Below, one piece after another: positions 1 to 13,852 of a DNA stretch of 64,000 nucleotides. Each line of letters starts with the position of its first letter. Position 1 is the stretch's first letter. The notes below the pieces were generated by a model that was not told the DNA's origin, ran no database searches, and saw only the letters and a program-made list of their open reading frames with translations. The translations under genes were made by a program, and so were the position numbers. The stretch comes from Trichinella spiralis (taxonomy: Eukaryota), in the NCBI RefSeq assembly GCF_000181795.1, contig NW_003526943.1, forward strand, positions 9,966,849 to 10,030,848. The letters are read 5' to 3'.

Positions 1-1831
1 AACTGATTATTAATTTTTGCATTTCAAAAATTATTCTCTATTACATTATTCAATACATTTAATTTATTGGTAATACTTTGTTGAAGAAATTAAATTTATA
101 GAATTGAGCAGTTGAAATCATGCAAAGTCATTGAAAGCGACATTATTTTTAAAGTATTTAAATATAACAAATTTGTAACTTATATTTTACTCTGCGTTTT
201 CTATGCCATGTCTGCTGTGATTTATCATAAGTAAAAATAGCTATTGCGTTTTTCATGAAATTATTAATTAAAGTATTATTACAAGTGCAATTTTTCACAG
301 TTTATAGTTTATTATAATTTAAATGAAAGTTTATTTTTATCGTAATTTTTGCAGTTCACTGTCGAATTTTGCAGCCTTTTATTTTGCCTTTTATTGCAAA
401 ATTTGCTTTCTGCAGCACGTAATAAGTAATAACAAAAGCGATTCAGCGAAAAAACGAGATTTTGAAGAATGCAATAGAAATAATATAAAACACGTTTGCT
501 CATAATCTGCATTGCAGCAATTCATGTGAATTTGGGTAACTGCTGTAGAAGTAGACAGTTGAAAATATAGGGAGGACAAGGTTTGCTGACATTGTATACT
601 GGCTCGTTCTTTCCCACTTTTCAACAACAGCTGACATTTACACTTTTGTTTTGTCTGGTACTTTCCACCGTTGGAACGGTCAAATTCTTCTGCACTATCG
701 ACTGAGGCCAGTGTATACTTGTCCACGGAGATGCTAAATTGAGCAACATGTTCGACAAATCTCGTTTCAGCAACATCTGGGTGATGCTTGTTGTAAATGA
801 ACTGTTTCTGTTACCGTTTTGCAGATGTGATGAATTTTATTTTAAAGAATGATTGGAAAAGCATCGATGATGAAGATGAATGAGCGTCAAATTACATGCG
901 CAAATTTACTAGTAATACATGCAATTTAATAAGAAAATCTGATGAATAAATAACAGCATTTTACAATGCAAATATTTTGCAAAACAAAGAATATTTTGTT
1001 TGCTGCTTATTGTTATTAGATAGCATACTGAACAATGATTGCAAGCGAATTTTAAAAAGACAATGAAATATTCATATATGCCTTACGTTTTTTTATTTGA
1101 TGTTCATAAATATTTTATTAAAAAAGCATTTTTAACAGAATTGAGAACTTAAGTTATAAATATTTTGTTATGCAAGAAATTAAACAATAAAACTGAATTG
1201 GTAAAAATGTAATAAATTCAATTTTTCGTGAATATATTTTTACAATCATATCATTCTTGGAAAATATTTTGTGTAAAAATTCCATGTAATAAATTAATGC
1301 TTACAAAATTTGTACAAAAATGCGAAATGTACTTATATTTACATAAAATTAGCGAGTAATTTTTAATGCACATCTTACAAGCAAAAGTGAAAAGTTCGAA
1401 AAGAAATTTTAGTAAAAATTATACTTTGATAGTTTGAAAACTTATGAAGCTTTCAGTTATGCTTTCAAAGTGAACATGAGAATTTTCCATTTTCATTTCA
1501 AATCTATTTAATTATACTGCAAGCAATAAATTGTTCGCGTGCTAATCTGCCATTCCATTGCAGAAAGCATTCTTTCCAAAGCACGCCATTGTAGTATGTA
1601 ATATTTGCAATGTAAACAAACAAATTGATTTTCATTCAACTCGAAGCAGGTGATCAAATTGTGCAAATTGAAGAGCAAAACATTAATTGATAATTTAATC
1701 GTTGGATCATTGACAGCAATAGAATAAAATTTAAGCAGAATGTATGTTTTTTTTAATTCAAAAAACTTTTTTCAGGTTCCATATTGCCTGTTGCAGCCGA
1801 GCTAACTGATGTCGCTTGTTTGCAATTTTCG

Positions 1832-2508
1832 ATGGCAATGCACTGCAATTTGATTTCCTGCTTTATTCTTGCTACTTTGACGGTTCATGCCACACCCTTT
1901 GTTAGTTTGATTGTGATGTAATATGGAATAAATTTGTTAACTTTTTCTTTGGCAGTATTTTTTTTGTTGTTGTTGCAAATTGTAGTGCATGTAACTGACT
2001 GAATACAGTATACAAAAGGTTTATTATAATGACAAATTTCAATAAAAGTGCAATCACCTTGACAAAAAAAGCGACTGGAAGTTCACAAATATGATTATCA
2101 GGGGTTCATTATTGTAATTTTTTTATATTTTTTTTGGTACTTTCCCTTTGGTTAACTTGGATCGATTAGCAGTTCGATCGTGCTTTTCGGCAAGCAAAGC
2201 GTTGCTTTGAAAAATCAGTGTATCCAATTGGGACGCTTTTCTATGCGGACTGCGTTTATGCCGCATCGTTAGTTCCCAATTGGTGGAAGCTTGCAGGACC
2301 ACGCTTGAACACATCGATTGCTGTCCTTGGAATCGCACCACTGCGCTTCACCACCACGTCGACAATTATTTCAGCCGTCACCGTTTCTCTTCTTTATAGC
2401 TTATTCCCGCAGAGTCGGTTGATCCAGCCAGTCCATTTCACTGCAACAACTCTTCGTTCATCAAACCATCTTACTTACTTTCTGCTTCATCGCATATTCT
2501 GCAACTAA
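1832..2508 (+). CDS. Putative small orphan secreted protein (about 135 aa, 2 coding exons: 1832-1900 and 2170-2508)
   Basis: Exon 1 encodes MAMHCNLISCFILATLTVHATPF (signal-peptide-like) and ends at a phase-0 GTTAGT donor. An acceptor (pyrimidine tract...TTAAC...ATTAG|) at 2169 continues in frame into ORF 2218..2508. An apparent 5'UTR intron lies upstream (CAG|GTGATC 1650 to TTTTTCAG 1776). No recognisable homology. Confidence 0.45.
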
Positions 2509-5500
2509 CATTTGGTAAATTTAGTTTTTTTTTTCTTGGGATATAAAATTATTATCCATCATCTTTCATACATATATATATATTGCTTATTTTTTTTATT
2601 ATTTATGAAACAATTTTTTTCATAAATTCATTTAGCTAATTGAATACAACTTCTTACGCTGATTAGAGAACTTTAATGAAAATAAAGTCGTGCAAATTAT
2701 ACCCAACTGCATTTTATTGATTTAATTTACTTAAAACGCTCAGCCGTTAAAGAATAATTTTCTTTTGTTGTAAAATTATTTTCTAATTTCATACAAATTC
2801 AAATTCTATCTTCCATTTCATCACTTTTTTCTGAAAACCATTTCCAACCACAATATGTTTGCTAACTTTTTTATACTGTAATTTTTATTAACCATTTTGT
2901 GCATATGTAAAATTTTTAATATATCGATTCCATTTTTACAATGAATCAATTTCCTATGCTGATGATTATTTTCTATTTCTTTCCTGATAAAAATAACTTT
3001 ACAACAAAATAGTCACAGCTTTGTATAGTTTGTGGCATTCATTGCACCGTCGTATTATAAATTATGATTATGCTATTTGTGCAATTTTTTCTCATAAAAA
3101 TCAACAAATACGAAACAACTCATTATTGCTATGATAAAGCATATTCATACGGTAAACAGTAATTTTTTTTAATACTGCTGGAAATGAGAAATTAAATATA
3201 TAAATCAGCATAAATTACAAGTAAACAATCAATTAACTGTGGAAATTTATTGCTCAAGGCATTGCTTTAGTTTTTCATCTCTTTTTCTTCCAAGGTAATT
3301 TGTTGCTACGTCATTTGGACAAATTATTTTTGCAAGGTCAAAGGGAAACGCACTTAAAAAGTTATAATTAAAAACTAAATTACAAACGCTTGTGTGTGTG
3401 TGTTTCGTAAATGAATTAATTCTCAGGTTAGAAATAAAAGTTCACCTAGTAACAGTGCTATACTATGTAATATTGCCTTGTAATACCTAAGCAGAAATAT
3501 ATAACAATAATAAATTATCCTCGTATTTTTATGCAAAATTTTAATCATTTCAATCTTCACTCTTTTTATATATAAGCAAATTTATATTACAGCTTATTAT
3601 AATTTAAGTGCATCAGAGACAGTTCTCTTCCCATAGCATTTTTTGTTTGTCGTGTGTTTATAAAATATGTCATACGTGATGTACTGCTGAATGGCTAATT
3701 TAACAATATGCATTGTTAATGGAATCGCTACTTGAAAGCAGTTTACTTTTTCAGAATTTATTCGAACATTATTGATAAATCGGTTCCATTTTAGTTGCAC
3801 AAATAATGGATAAAATTGGAATAAAAATATTATCAGCATACTCATATTGTATTATGCAAACTGTCTGTTTGATTGTTCCAAGCAATGAATAAATGAAAAT
3901 TTGCAGTTTATCAATGCTGATTAATGTTTTCATGCTAATCTGAAAGGTAGTAAATAATAAAATTTCCCTTTTATTTAAATTAGTGACGACTGAAAATCCA
4001 AATAGCTAAATCATTTATACAAATGTAAATTATCTGCGTTTGGGTCAAGTGTCAATAGCTATAACTGCAATAAGCTGAAATAACAGACGAAGATCTCCTC
4101 CCATTGGCAGTCGGCTTCTAATTTGGATAAAACGACAAATCACACAATCATGACACAAACAGCCAATGAGGAATATTGTATTTTTGCAGAAATCATAATT
4201 ACGATAAATTTTGAATTTCTACTTTTCAGGCTGTTAATTACGTAATTACATGTTCAACATTTCACTACTTAAATTGCTATTATTAAGCTAATAATTAATT
4301 ATATTTTTTAATACAGTAAGCTTACATTTTATTTAGACAATTTAAAATGGCAGCAATAATGAGTAGCAAAAGAAATAAACTGAAAATTGAAAATTAAAAT
4401 GCTTTTTTGTAAATGCAAACAAAACAGTAAATTTCACGATAACATAATCTTGAATATAAAATCATGGAATGCTAAAGGAGCGTTATATTAAATTTACCTG
4501 TCATTTCTTAACCTTACTCTAATATTCAATATAACTTGACACTTTTAGAAAATGCATGTAAAATATTTTCACATTTTCACCTGAAAATGAGAAATTCCTT
4601 CCATTTTTATTTTGCTTAATTTCTTATATTGCATTCATATATATACATGTATAAATAAATATGCATTCTATTGATTTATTTTAAAAAAACATAGAATTAA
4701 AGTCATTAAATCGATAAAACCAGCATTGTAACTTGCGTACTTGAGGTTGCGTACAACTTTAAATCATTTACGAGACCATTATTTAAAAAGAAAATTGCTA
4801 TTTTTAATTTTTCTTCCATCGATTTTTTCTTTAACAATTATCTCCTTTGTAAGAAATTGGAAAAATAAAAAATTCAGTAGTTTTACTTTTTAAATTTTAA
4901 TCTGAAAATAATATAAAACTACAGCTTGCATGTCAATTAAATGTATCAGCAGTGAATGTGTAATAAGCAGATGCATTAAAATAACTGAAAAATATTTGAT
5001 GCTAAAATGTAGAAACATTTTAAAAAACAGATAAAAATATTTTAATTTAAAATTTAGCTATATTAAAAGTTCTCGCAGAAATCAAAGTGCTGTCGAGCCT
5101 GTTATCTGCATGCGTTAGCGTTTTGTATGGAAGCGAAATCTTATTATTAAAAATGCATGCAACATCGCTCAGCTGATGTGTATGTTGCAGCTGCTTTTTA
5201 GGTAAAATTAAATGTTACCAAAATTTTCGATAAAATCTCGAAAAGTTTGGCAGAAAATTAGAATTCTTTAAGGCGACTCACATATGTGATATTGAAATTT
5301 TTGAAGCACTTTAATTTTACCAATAAGCTTCCAAATACACATCACAACATAATGCATACAAAGAAGATGATTTGCAATTTGTTGAAAATGCAAAAATTAT
5401 CTACTTGGGTGGTATCTCAGCGGGATAATTAGTCCCAGGTATGTTTCAATGCTTTTAGCAAACTTTTGCAAACTAACTGGTGAGCTGGTATGGAAACATC

Positions 5501-7319
5501 ATTACTTGATGTAGCATTATTTTACCTTTCCTATATCAACAACTTCTAAATTCTGCTAGTTTGGTTAGCGGCATTCTTTTCCATCACATTCTTAATTATT
5601 AGTCGATTCATCTTATACTGATCATTGCATGTTTATTGATTTTTTTGTCCTTTGGGCTTACTGGAATAGCGGAAAGCTTTGGCTATTAATCGCCACCGCT
5701 ATGAATGTGTTGTATCAATTTTGACGAGGAATTGTCATTGCTTTCATTCCTAGTATTATCTGTCTGTCAAAGATGCTTAACAATTTAAATTATTTCTTTT
5801 GTAAACAAAGATTATGCAACTGCTTGATTACTGCCAAATTGCAGTGTATGAAAAAACATTACATTTAATGCATTTTGCATATTATGAAAGTATAAAACAT
5901 TAAAACAATCGTTTTATTTAATAGAATGATTCTTATTTAATTATATTTAAATAACAGTGAATTTTCCGTTAAACTATATTCAATTGTTGCTTCAAATTAC
6001 GTTTATTTAACAATAATGACAATTTTTTGACAATATCTTACAAATCAATGTGGTTAATTTCAATTTACACCTGCACATCATTTTTAAGAAATGCTTTCAG
6101 TTATGCATTGAAAATAAAAAAATAATTTATTCTTTAAAAAAAGCAGATTAAAATTGCAAAATTTAGTTCTATAAAAACTTTTTTAAAGTTACTTCTAAAT
6201 GGAATAAAAAATCATTGCCTCTAATGTGATAGCCATGGGCAAACGCAAAGTAATTGTCTCAAATGATTTGTCAACAAAATAATGAAATTATTTCGTTAGC
6301 TTTTATCAGTCCTGTTTAATCTTTCGCATAAAATTACAGCAAACAATTTTTACGGTAATTAATATCAATTGAATTTGAAAAAATGCACTCCTGCATAAGT
6401 ACTAATAGCATACAAATTTAAATTTGCTTATTTGTGTAAAATAATTTCATGTTGTGTAATAATGAATAATAATGTAATAAGAATATGAATTTCAGATAAA
6501 ATCAATTATCATTTTTACGAGTTTTTTTAGAAAAACTGTTTCAAATATTTCAAAAAATGAAATATTCTCCAACAGTCAAGCATAAATTGCAACCTGGCTT
6601 TGGACTTAATTCATGATATTTAATTATTAAAATGAGCTGGTGCTATCCAGATGGCTTAATCGAATAAATGGGGCATGTGTACGGTTGAATTCAGTGTTCT
6701 TTTTTTTTCAAATACACATTATCTGGAGGGAGGAGGGGGAGTAGAATGACAAATGAGAAAAAGAAAGAAAAGTGAACGTCGTGCTAATCGAACTAGCTTA
6801 ACCGGTCTAAGCATCAGTTTTGCTAATTATAATATCAGGATGGGTCATGCGGTTGTGAAGCGGCGTCTCAAAAGTTTGATGACGACATTTTGGCGCCTGG
6901 TCGCGGCAAGGTTGACTGACCTGACAAGACCGTGCCGTAAAAGTATACTGTGTGTACATGCAAGCAGGGTCAGATTCTATCGTTGGACTATCTTGCATGC
7001 TGATTCCGCTTCTCCAGTACAACATCTCAGCTGCGACCCAACCTCCCCCTCTCCCCCCCCCCTCTCACCACTACTACTCGACAATAATTTCAATAAAACA
7101 CTTCTTTTAAATATTTCCAGTTTTTGCAAACAACACGACAAAACTAGCAAAAGTGAACATTTCAATTTCTCTTTTCTCTTTTTAGCTTGTTTATTGCTTG
7201 ACAAGCGAAAAACCAGACCCGGCCGACATTATATCCATCTTCCAATCCAACCAATCTGTTGCACTACAGATTTTCCATTCACACCACTTGGCATTTTTCT
7301 TGTCATCATCCACTTGCGA

Positions 7320-10300
7320 ATGTTGCTGCATCCACTACTCGCTCAACTGCTCATCATTTTAGCATCATTTTGCAATGGTAAGCTATATTTGCATATTCCA
7401 TATTTTAGCGCATTTTTCTCCCTTGAAAATTATCATCTCGATTCAAATAAACCATTTTAAAATTATTCTACATACAATTATTGTCATTGAATACCAAATG
7501 ACAGAATCAAAATTGCATCAGTAATTCTGTGACGATATTGTGATGTTGCATTTTATTTCATGAGCATATATCTTAATAATGCAAATTTTACTTCAAAATT
7601 ATTATTTTTTTTGCATCATGTACCAAGTGTCTGAAATATACTTTAAAAATTTACTATTAATGCTATTATTGTTCAATATTTTTAATTCACAAAATATTTT
7701 CCACAAAAGCATCTATATGAATTTGCATTGTATTAAATCATCAATGAAAAATCAATTCTTTTCTTAATTAATCAAAAAGCTTCATATTTATTGATTTCAC
7801 TGATTTTTTGATTTAAAATATTGTTCTGTTCATTGTTTAAAATTTATACTTTTAAATATTAGCAGTTAATTCATATTTAATAATATGAATACTTTGAAAT
7901 CAATACGCGTTTTATTGCTATTCTCGTTCATACTTATTATTGCTCTTGTGTGAAGCACTCTAATTTGGTTTCATTTGAACATGAATGTGGACAACTGACG
8001 TAACTGTGGAGAAAAAATTTTAAATAACTGTTTATTTCAAAAATTACTTTTTAAACACGCTTTACAAACACGCATTGCATGCTGAATAATCCAACTAGAA
8101 ATATTCATTTCAAGAAAAGTATTTTGTATAAATACCCCGTTATTATGAAAAAAGTACAACTTTTTTATAAGCGTAATTTTAATATTGACTGTTCTTTTTT
8201 TTTAATTTCAGTGCTTCAAAGTTATTACAATTTACAAGATTTAGTTATCACTTGATTATTTTATGTTTTGCTTATACTTGCAATGATTTGATATAGCTTA
8301 TTTGCGTTAGTTACATTTTAGAGAAAAAAACTCTTTTGCTATTTTGAATTTTTAACTAACGAATTCTGAAAATAGTATGAAAATAACTTTAGTGTTAACA
8401 GCTTTGCCTGAACCTGAACCATGGTTTGGAGATTTTTTGGGTACTTTACCAGATCCTCAGAAGATTGGTATTTTTGGCAAAGTTTATGCGGTAAATAGCA
8501 CGTGCGTTCAAGTACTGAATTTTACCTACAATGGCCAAGCGCCAGGTAACATTTTAAATTTTTGATTTAGAATAATATTTTGATAAAATAGCCTTTTTTA
8601 TTATTCAGATTTATTTTTTTGGATGGACACAGAAACAATACCTTCTGCCAGAGGTGTAAAATTAAGTACTTTTGAATCAGGGTAAAGTGCTTTCAATTAT
8701 CATTATCGTTTCTTTTACTCTAATAAATGTTGCTTTAGTGATAGCATGCTAACGCCATATTATAACAAGCATGTCGTATTGATATTGCCACCAAACGTTG
8801 CATTATCTGATTACAAAACCTTTGGCCTTTGGTGTCAATCATGCACGGTGCTAATTTTCAACTCTTATCTCAGTTCATCCGATTAATAATAATTTTATTT
8901 ATATTTAAGCAAGATTTTGGTCATATACGCATACCAGACGGCTTTACGCCACCAAATCCACAATTTTTGACCCATGGACTAAAGGCAACTACTAAGGGTG
9001 TACGATATAATGTCGGTTCAGGACCTATTTTAATTCTCGACAGACGAACCGTGAAAATTTACGGCCTTACATTTCAAGGAAACAGGGCACCAGGTATTTT
9101 GATCAGAAATCAAATATCAGTTTCTATTTTATCGGTAGAAGCTAAATTTCTGATTTCCTGTTTGCATCGATACACTAAAACATCGATTAACCGCAACCTT
9201 GAGTTGTAATAGGTCAGCGTAGGCTAGCAACGATTTTATCTGCACTCAGATAGAATAAACTTTTCAAATTAAGTCTTCCAATTTGATAAAATTAATTGCA
9301 CGAATGTAGAATTGTAGCAAAATTTCCATTTTATCCATAATGAACTTACAAATATATATAGCAATATAATTATGAATCACAGAATATTAAGCTGCACATA
9401 ATTATGAAGTTTGCTGTAATTGCTTTCACGTTTATAAACGCTGGCTGGAATCAATTTTTTATTTGTTTAAACATCAGATATGCTAATACTTTTCAATTCA
9501 AAGCATGCTTAATAAATCTATAATAAAAATCACAGAAAAATATTCTTGTACATTAATATGCACTATTTTTCATGCAAGCATTTCCTCTAACATATTTGAT
9601 GTAGTTATTTTCTTTATGCATATTTGTTATTGTACTAAAAATTCTTTATTTTCATATTTATCTTGTTAGAAATATTGTTTGTGAAATTTGTTATTTATTT
9701 CCATTTTATGACAAAGCATTCAAACAATAATAATAAGTTTAGACTTTAAAGATTAAACAGTATCAATTTTCTGTATTTAATATTTCTGTTCTACCTTGAC
9801 CTAACATTGCGCATTGTTCAGTTTTACTGCGCATCATTTGAAATGATACAATATTCTCTCATTGATAGCAAATTGGGTCATTTATCTTATCATATAGCTT
9901 ATTTGAAAATGATTAAACTGGTTAGAAAATGTGGTCAAGGATAAAATTCATACATTTTAATTTTAATTATATTTAAATATTATATCAAAAAGAAAATAAC
10001 TGAAAAAGCAGTTTTTAGCAAGTTTTAATATATCTACAGAACTTTGAATGCACATATTGCTACTTTGATCAAATTATGATAATGACCAAGTTAAATAATG
10101 ATTTTGCATGACATTTTGCAGCATCTGTCTCATCAGTCGTAATATTAAACATTATTTTAAACAAAATTTATAATATTAATGCACATAAATCATAATAAAA
10201 CGTAAAATAAGTTTGACTGTAAAAAGCTTATTGTTCGGTGCTTGTAAAAAGCTTGTTGGTAAAATTATTTACTTCTTATTTTAGATAGTTTTTTCTTCGT

Positions 10301-12189
10301 TGGAAAAGGCTCGGAGCCTCGAAGGAACGATGGCATTAAAGTGCCGATAAGAGGAAAAGATTCACCTACAGAGTAGAATGACTTCATTGCACTCCACAAT
10401 TCGTTTATTACTGTAGCTATCTAATTTCAGCATTTCTAATTTAAAAGAGCTTTATAATGGAGAAAAAGACATCATTCTTGAATTACCTGAGGATCATGAT
10501 ATCTACAATATCGATTGGATAAGCATTTACTGCCTTCGTTTTGCTGTCAATTTTGCTTTTGTCAAAATTCAAGCAATTTCTGATCGAATACCTCCATATG
10601 TTCCTGTTCCTGTTCAAGTACTTTGATGCATAATTAGCTGAAGCATTTTTTGCATAATTTCAAATTTTAGCTTTCAAAGATTCCTGAATTCAAACGAGAG
10701 CCTTGGACTACAGTCACACTTCTTGGTAAACCACCAAGAAACAATTTCACATTCCAGCTTGGCCCACCAGGAGGCCTAAGGGCATATGAATCTTGGGCTA
10801 AAGCAAAACCAGGAGAATTTGTCTGGTATGTGAATGGTTATATGGCACCAGAGCTGTGGGTTCAACGTGGAGTCACTTATAAAATTAGGTAAAATAGTTT
10901 TATCAAAATTAAATAATTAATGTTTTGATATAATTTGATTTTACAGAGTGGAAGGTGGAGATGATTCAGTCCTTGAACGGTTCTTCAATCCACTGTATAT
11001 ATCTGATGATCCTTATGGAGGTTATTCTAAACTAACAGATGATGACAGACAGGTATACATATTCACCTTTAAATAACCATTTAGCAAGGCATTACATGTC
11101 AGTTAGATAAATGTGATTGACTATTATAAAAGCCTGAGAATATTATTTTTCAATAAATGATTTACAGAGATATGAAGCATTTCGCTTACTGAATAATTAA
11201 TAAATGAAATTGTATATTGTTTTAGCAAATCACAGTCTATGCTGGCTTAAACAAGCAGAATCTTCCATTAGATGGAAGTGATACTACAGAAGAAAAGTCA
11301 TGTGCGTATTTTAAACATATTTTGTTCATTTAACATTTTTTGAACGCTTTTTCATAACAGATAGTTAATAAAATTGCGTCATAATGATTTAATTCGCTTT
11401 TCTCAGTTTCTGCTTTTTTCGCTTTAGCTTTTAAGTTATATTGCATTACATTATATTTTATACTCGATACATGAATAAATTACATTATGAAGTACATCAA
11501 ACTCAAGAAGGCTTACTACATGTATTGCATTTCATTTTAGATGGACGATTGTGTCGTTTTATAAATCGTCATCCTGAAATAATTCCTGACCGACTAGATT
11601 CATTCTTGGAATACAGAAAAAATTTGGTGCTAAGATGCTTAAAAAATTCACCCGGAATATTTTACTGGACGCCTGATGATCGCACTCCAGATGTAGTATA
11701 TTATCAAGTATGATGAAACAAAAATACAAGGAAGCTAAAGGGTTAAAATAATTATTTCAAAAGCACTTTAAGAATGGCTTATAATTGAAAATAATGTTAT
11801 ATTAATCATCATGATTAAAACTAAATAATTAAATAAGTATAATAATTATAAATAGTTATAACAGTAGTTTTATTAAAACTTAGCACAATTGAAAATTTTT
11901 GTAAAAATGCATTTAAATCTAATATATAAACATTTAGAGCTACACTAATTTCAACATGGGTTGGAAGATAATTGTTACAGATGAGATTCCCAGTGATGTT
12001 CCGTTCACAGAACATGAATCGTACAGCTATGAATTGTTAGACAGTGAAGATGAGCAGCTCTACAGCCAGCACAGAGATCCTTTGCTTCAGGGGAATGCCG
12101 GAATTCGCCCAAGTGAACAATATTCAATTTTATCTGTAATATTGAGCAGTCTTGTTATGATCATCGGATGCAAATTGCTTCTGCTATAA
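7320..12189 (+). CDS. Knickkopf/Skeletor-like protein: signal peptide, two DM13 domains, C-terminal Knk-type domain, hydrophobic GPI-like tail (about 13 exons)
   Basis: Spliced translation: MLLHPLLAQLLIILASFCN|VLTALPEPEPWFG...NFTYNGQAPDLFFW...FGLWCQSCTQDFGHI (DM13-1); ...GPILILDRRTVKIYGLTFQGNRAPDSFFFVG...IDWISIYCLRFAVNFAFV (DM13-2); ...GPPGG.RAY...VWYVNGYMAPELWVQRGVTYKIRVEGGDD...NPLYISDDPYGGY...WTPDDRTPDVVYYQSYTNFNMGWKI; C-terminal hydrophobic ILSVILSSLVMIIGCKLLLL. The checked junctions are GT-AG and preserve the frame. Confidence 0.9.
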
Positions 12190-13852
12190 TCAACAATTTT
12201 CTTCTATTTTTGAAAAAAGGGTCTTAATTGTATATTTTTTTTGTATGATTATGTGCTATTTTTTTAATATAAACAAAGTTTCTGTCTGTTTTCCAATTTT
12301 TTGAAATTTTTGTTTTACTGCCATTTCAAAGGCCAACTGTTCTGTTCTGCGCTAAGAATAGCAGCTGGGTTTTATCAATTCCCAAAAAACGCCGAACAAG
12401 TTTTATTGGTCACTGTTCATTATATTATTGCACTTATACAGTAAAATAATACAATTACATTATATTAAAACAAACATTCAAAAATGCATGCCTTGCATAT
12501 GCAAAAAATGGCTTTCTATTTAAAATTTCAACTGAAATTCTTTACAGCTGAATTATAATACTTAATTTATAACAATTGAATAAATTAAATTTCTTGAATT
12601 GCTGATGCTGATTAGTGTATTATGCAGCATTACGCTACACAGAAATATTTTGCTTGTCATAAACTTTTGCAAGCGCTTTTATAAATCTTGCCTCTGCCAT
12701 GCATTCCATGGGAATAGTTTCTAAATTTGAAATAGAATAAACAAATGCAGAAAGTAATTCCAGCAAAATGTTATCCATATATTTAATAGTTTTTATTTAA
12801 CGCAAGAAATCTACGGTTATATGGAATTCTTAATAATTCTTAATATTCATCACAATAAAATACCATTAATTCTTTTATTTCCTTGAAGTTCATCTACTTT
12901 ATTATGCAATGTAAATTAAATAAATGCAATAGATCAACTAATAAACAACATGCTACAAAGGTTGATAGCAAACAGTTTAAAAAGTAGGAACGTATTTATG
13001 AGTTTTTTATCATCTGCACATTAAAATATATCCAAATTATTTAAAATAACTTATTTTTGCTTTACATATTGCATCTTTTAATACACGTGGAGTGGAATTT
13101 TTAGAAAACAAGCTTCACAATAATGCATGGCGCAAAAATGATTAATTAACTTTCATTTAGTGTCAGAATTCATTAGTAAAAAATTTGCAAAAATTTTATC
13201 GTTAATCTTGTTTTCTCACACTGCACAAAGCACTTTTACACTAATGTTCACACAAAACACTACGTATATTAAAAAAAATTTTTAAACTATTATCATAATT
13301 TATATTTACAAGCTAATAATTACTTGTGATTTAAGTAAACTATCATTATTCTGAATGCAGTATTTATAATGCTTATACTTATCAACTTTTGATAATGTAA
13401 TGCAGATGCTATTTACAAAGAAAACTGAAGTTCTTAAAGACTAAACATGTTTTGAATTTTATTTCTAGAAAATTGATTAAATAACAATCAAATGGGTCAG
13501 TATTATTATTTAAGCAATTACAGTACATTCTAGAGTACAAACTATATAAAGTACTGTGGTCATTCAATACTCAGTGATCATCTTCTTTCTAAAAGCCAGA
13601 TTATATTACAACTGCTAACAAATGATTGGAAATTCTGTTTGCTCTGACACTGACAAGAAGCCATTACGCGATGATAGGGTGTCGCTGATAAAAGCCGCAT
13701 CTTTTCTCAGCATATATTTCCAAAAGCTTAGATTGTTTTCTTAGCTCTTAAGAATATTTGACTTCTTCTAATTTTCCTAATTAAGCATCGCAGTATATAT
13801 TTATGAATGATTCTTGCCTTTTCTCATTAGTATCACAGATTACTCTGAACTG

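Noticed and set aside
391..810. Minus-strand ORF of 111+ codons in a GC-richer patch
   Set aside because: It has no in-frame ATG start (GTG only), no recognisable domain and no convincing splice partners.
6753..7460. 235-aa ORF
   Set aside because: It reads through promoter/5'UTR low-complexity sequence. Only 7320-7377, the signal-peptide exon of the DM13 gene, is credible.
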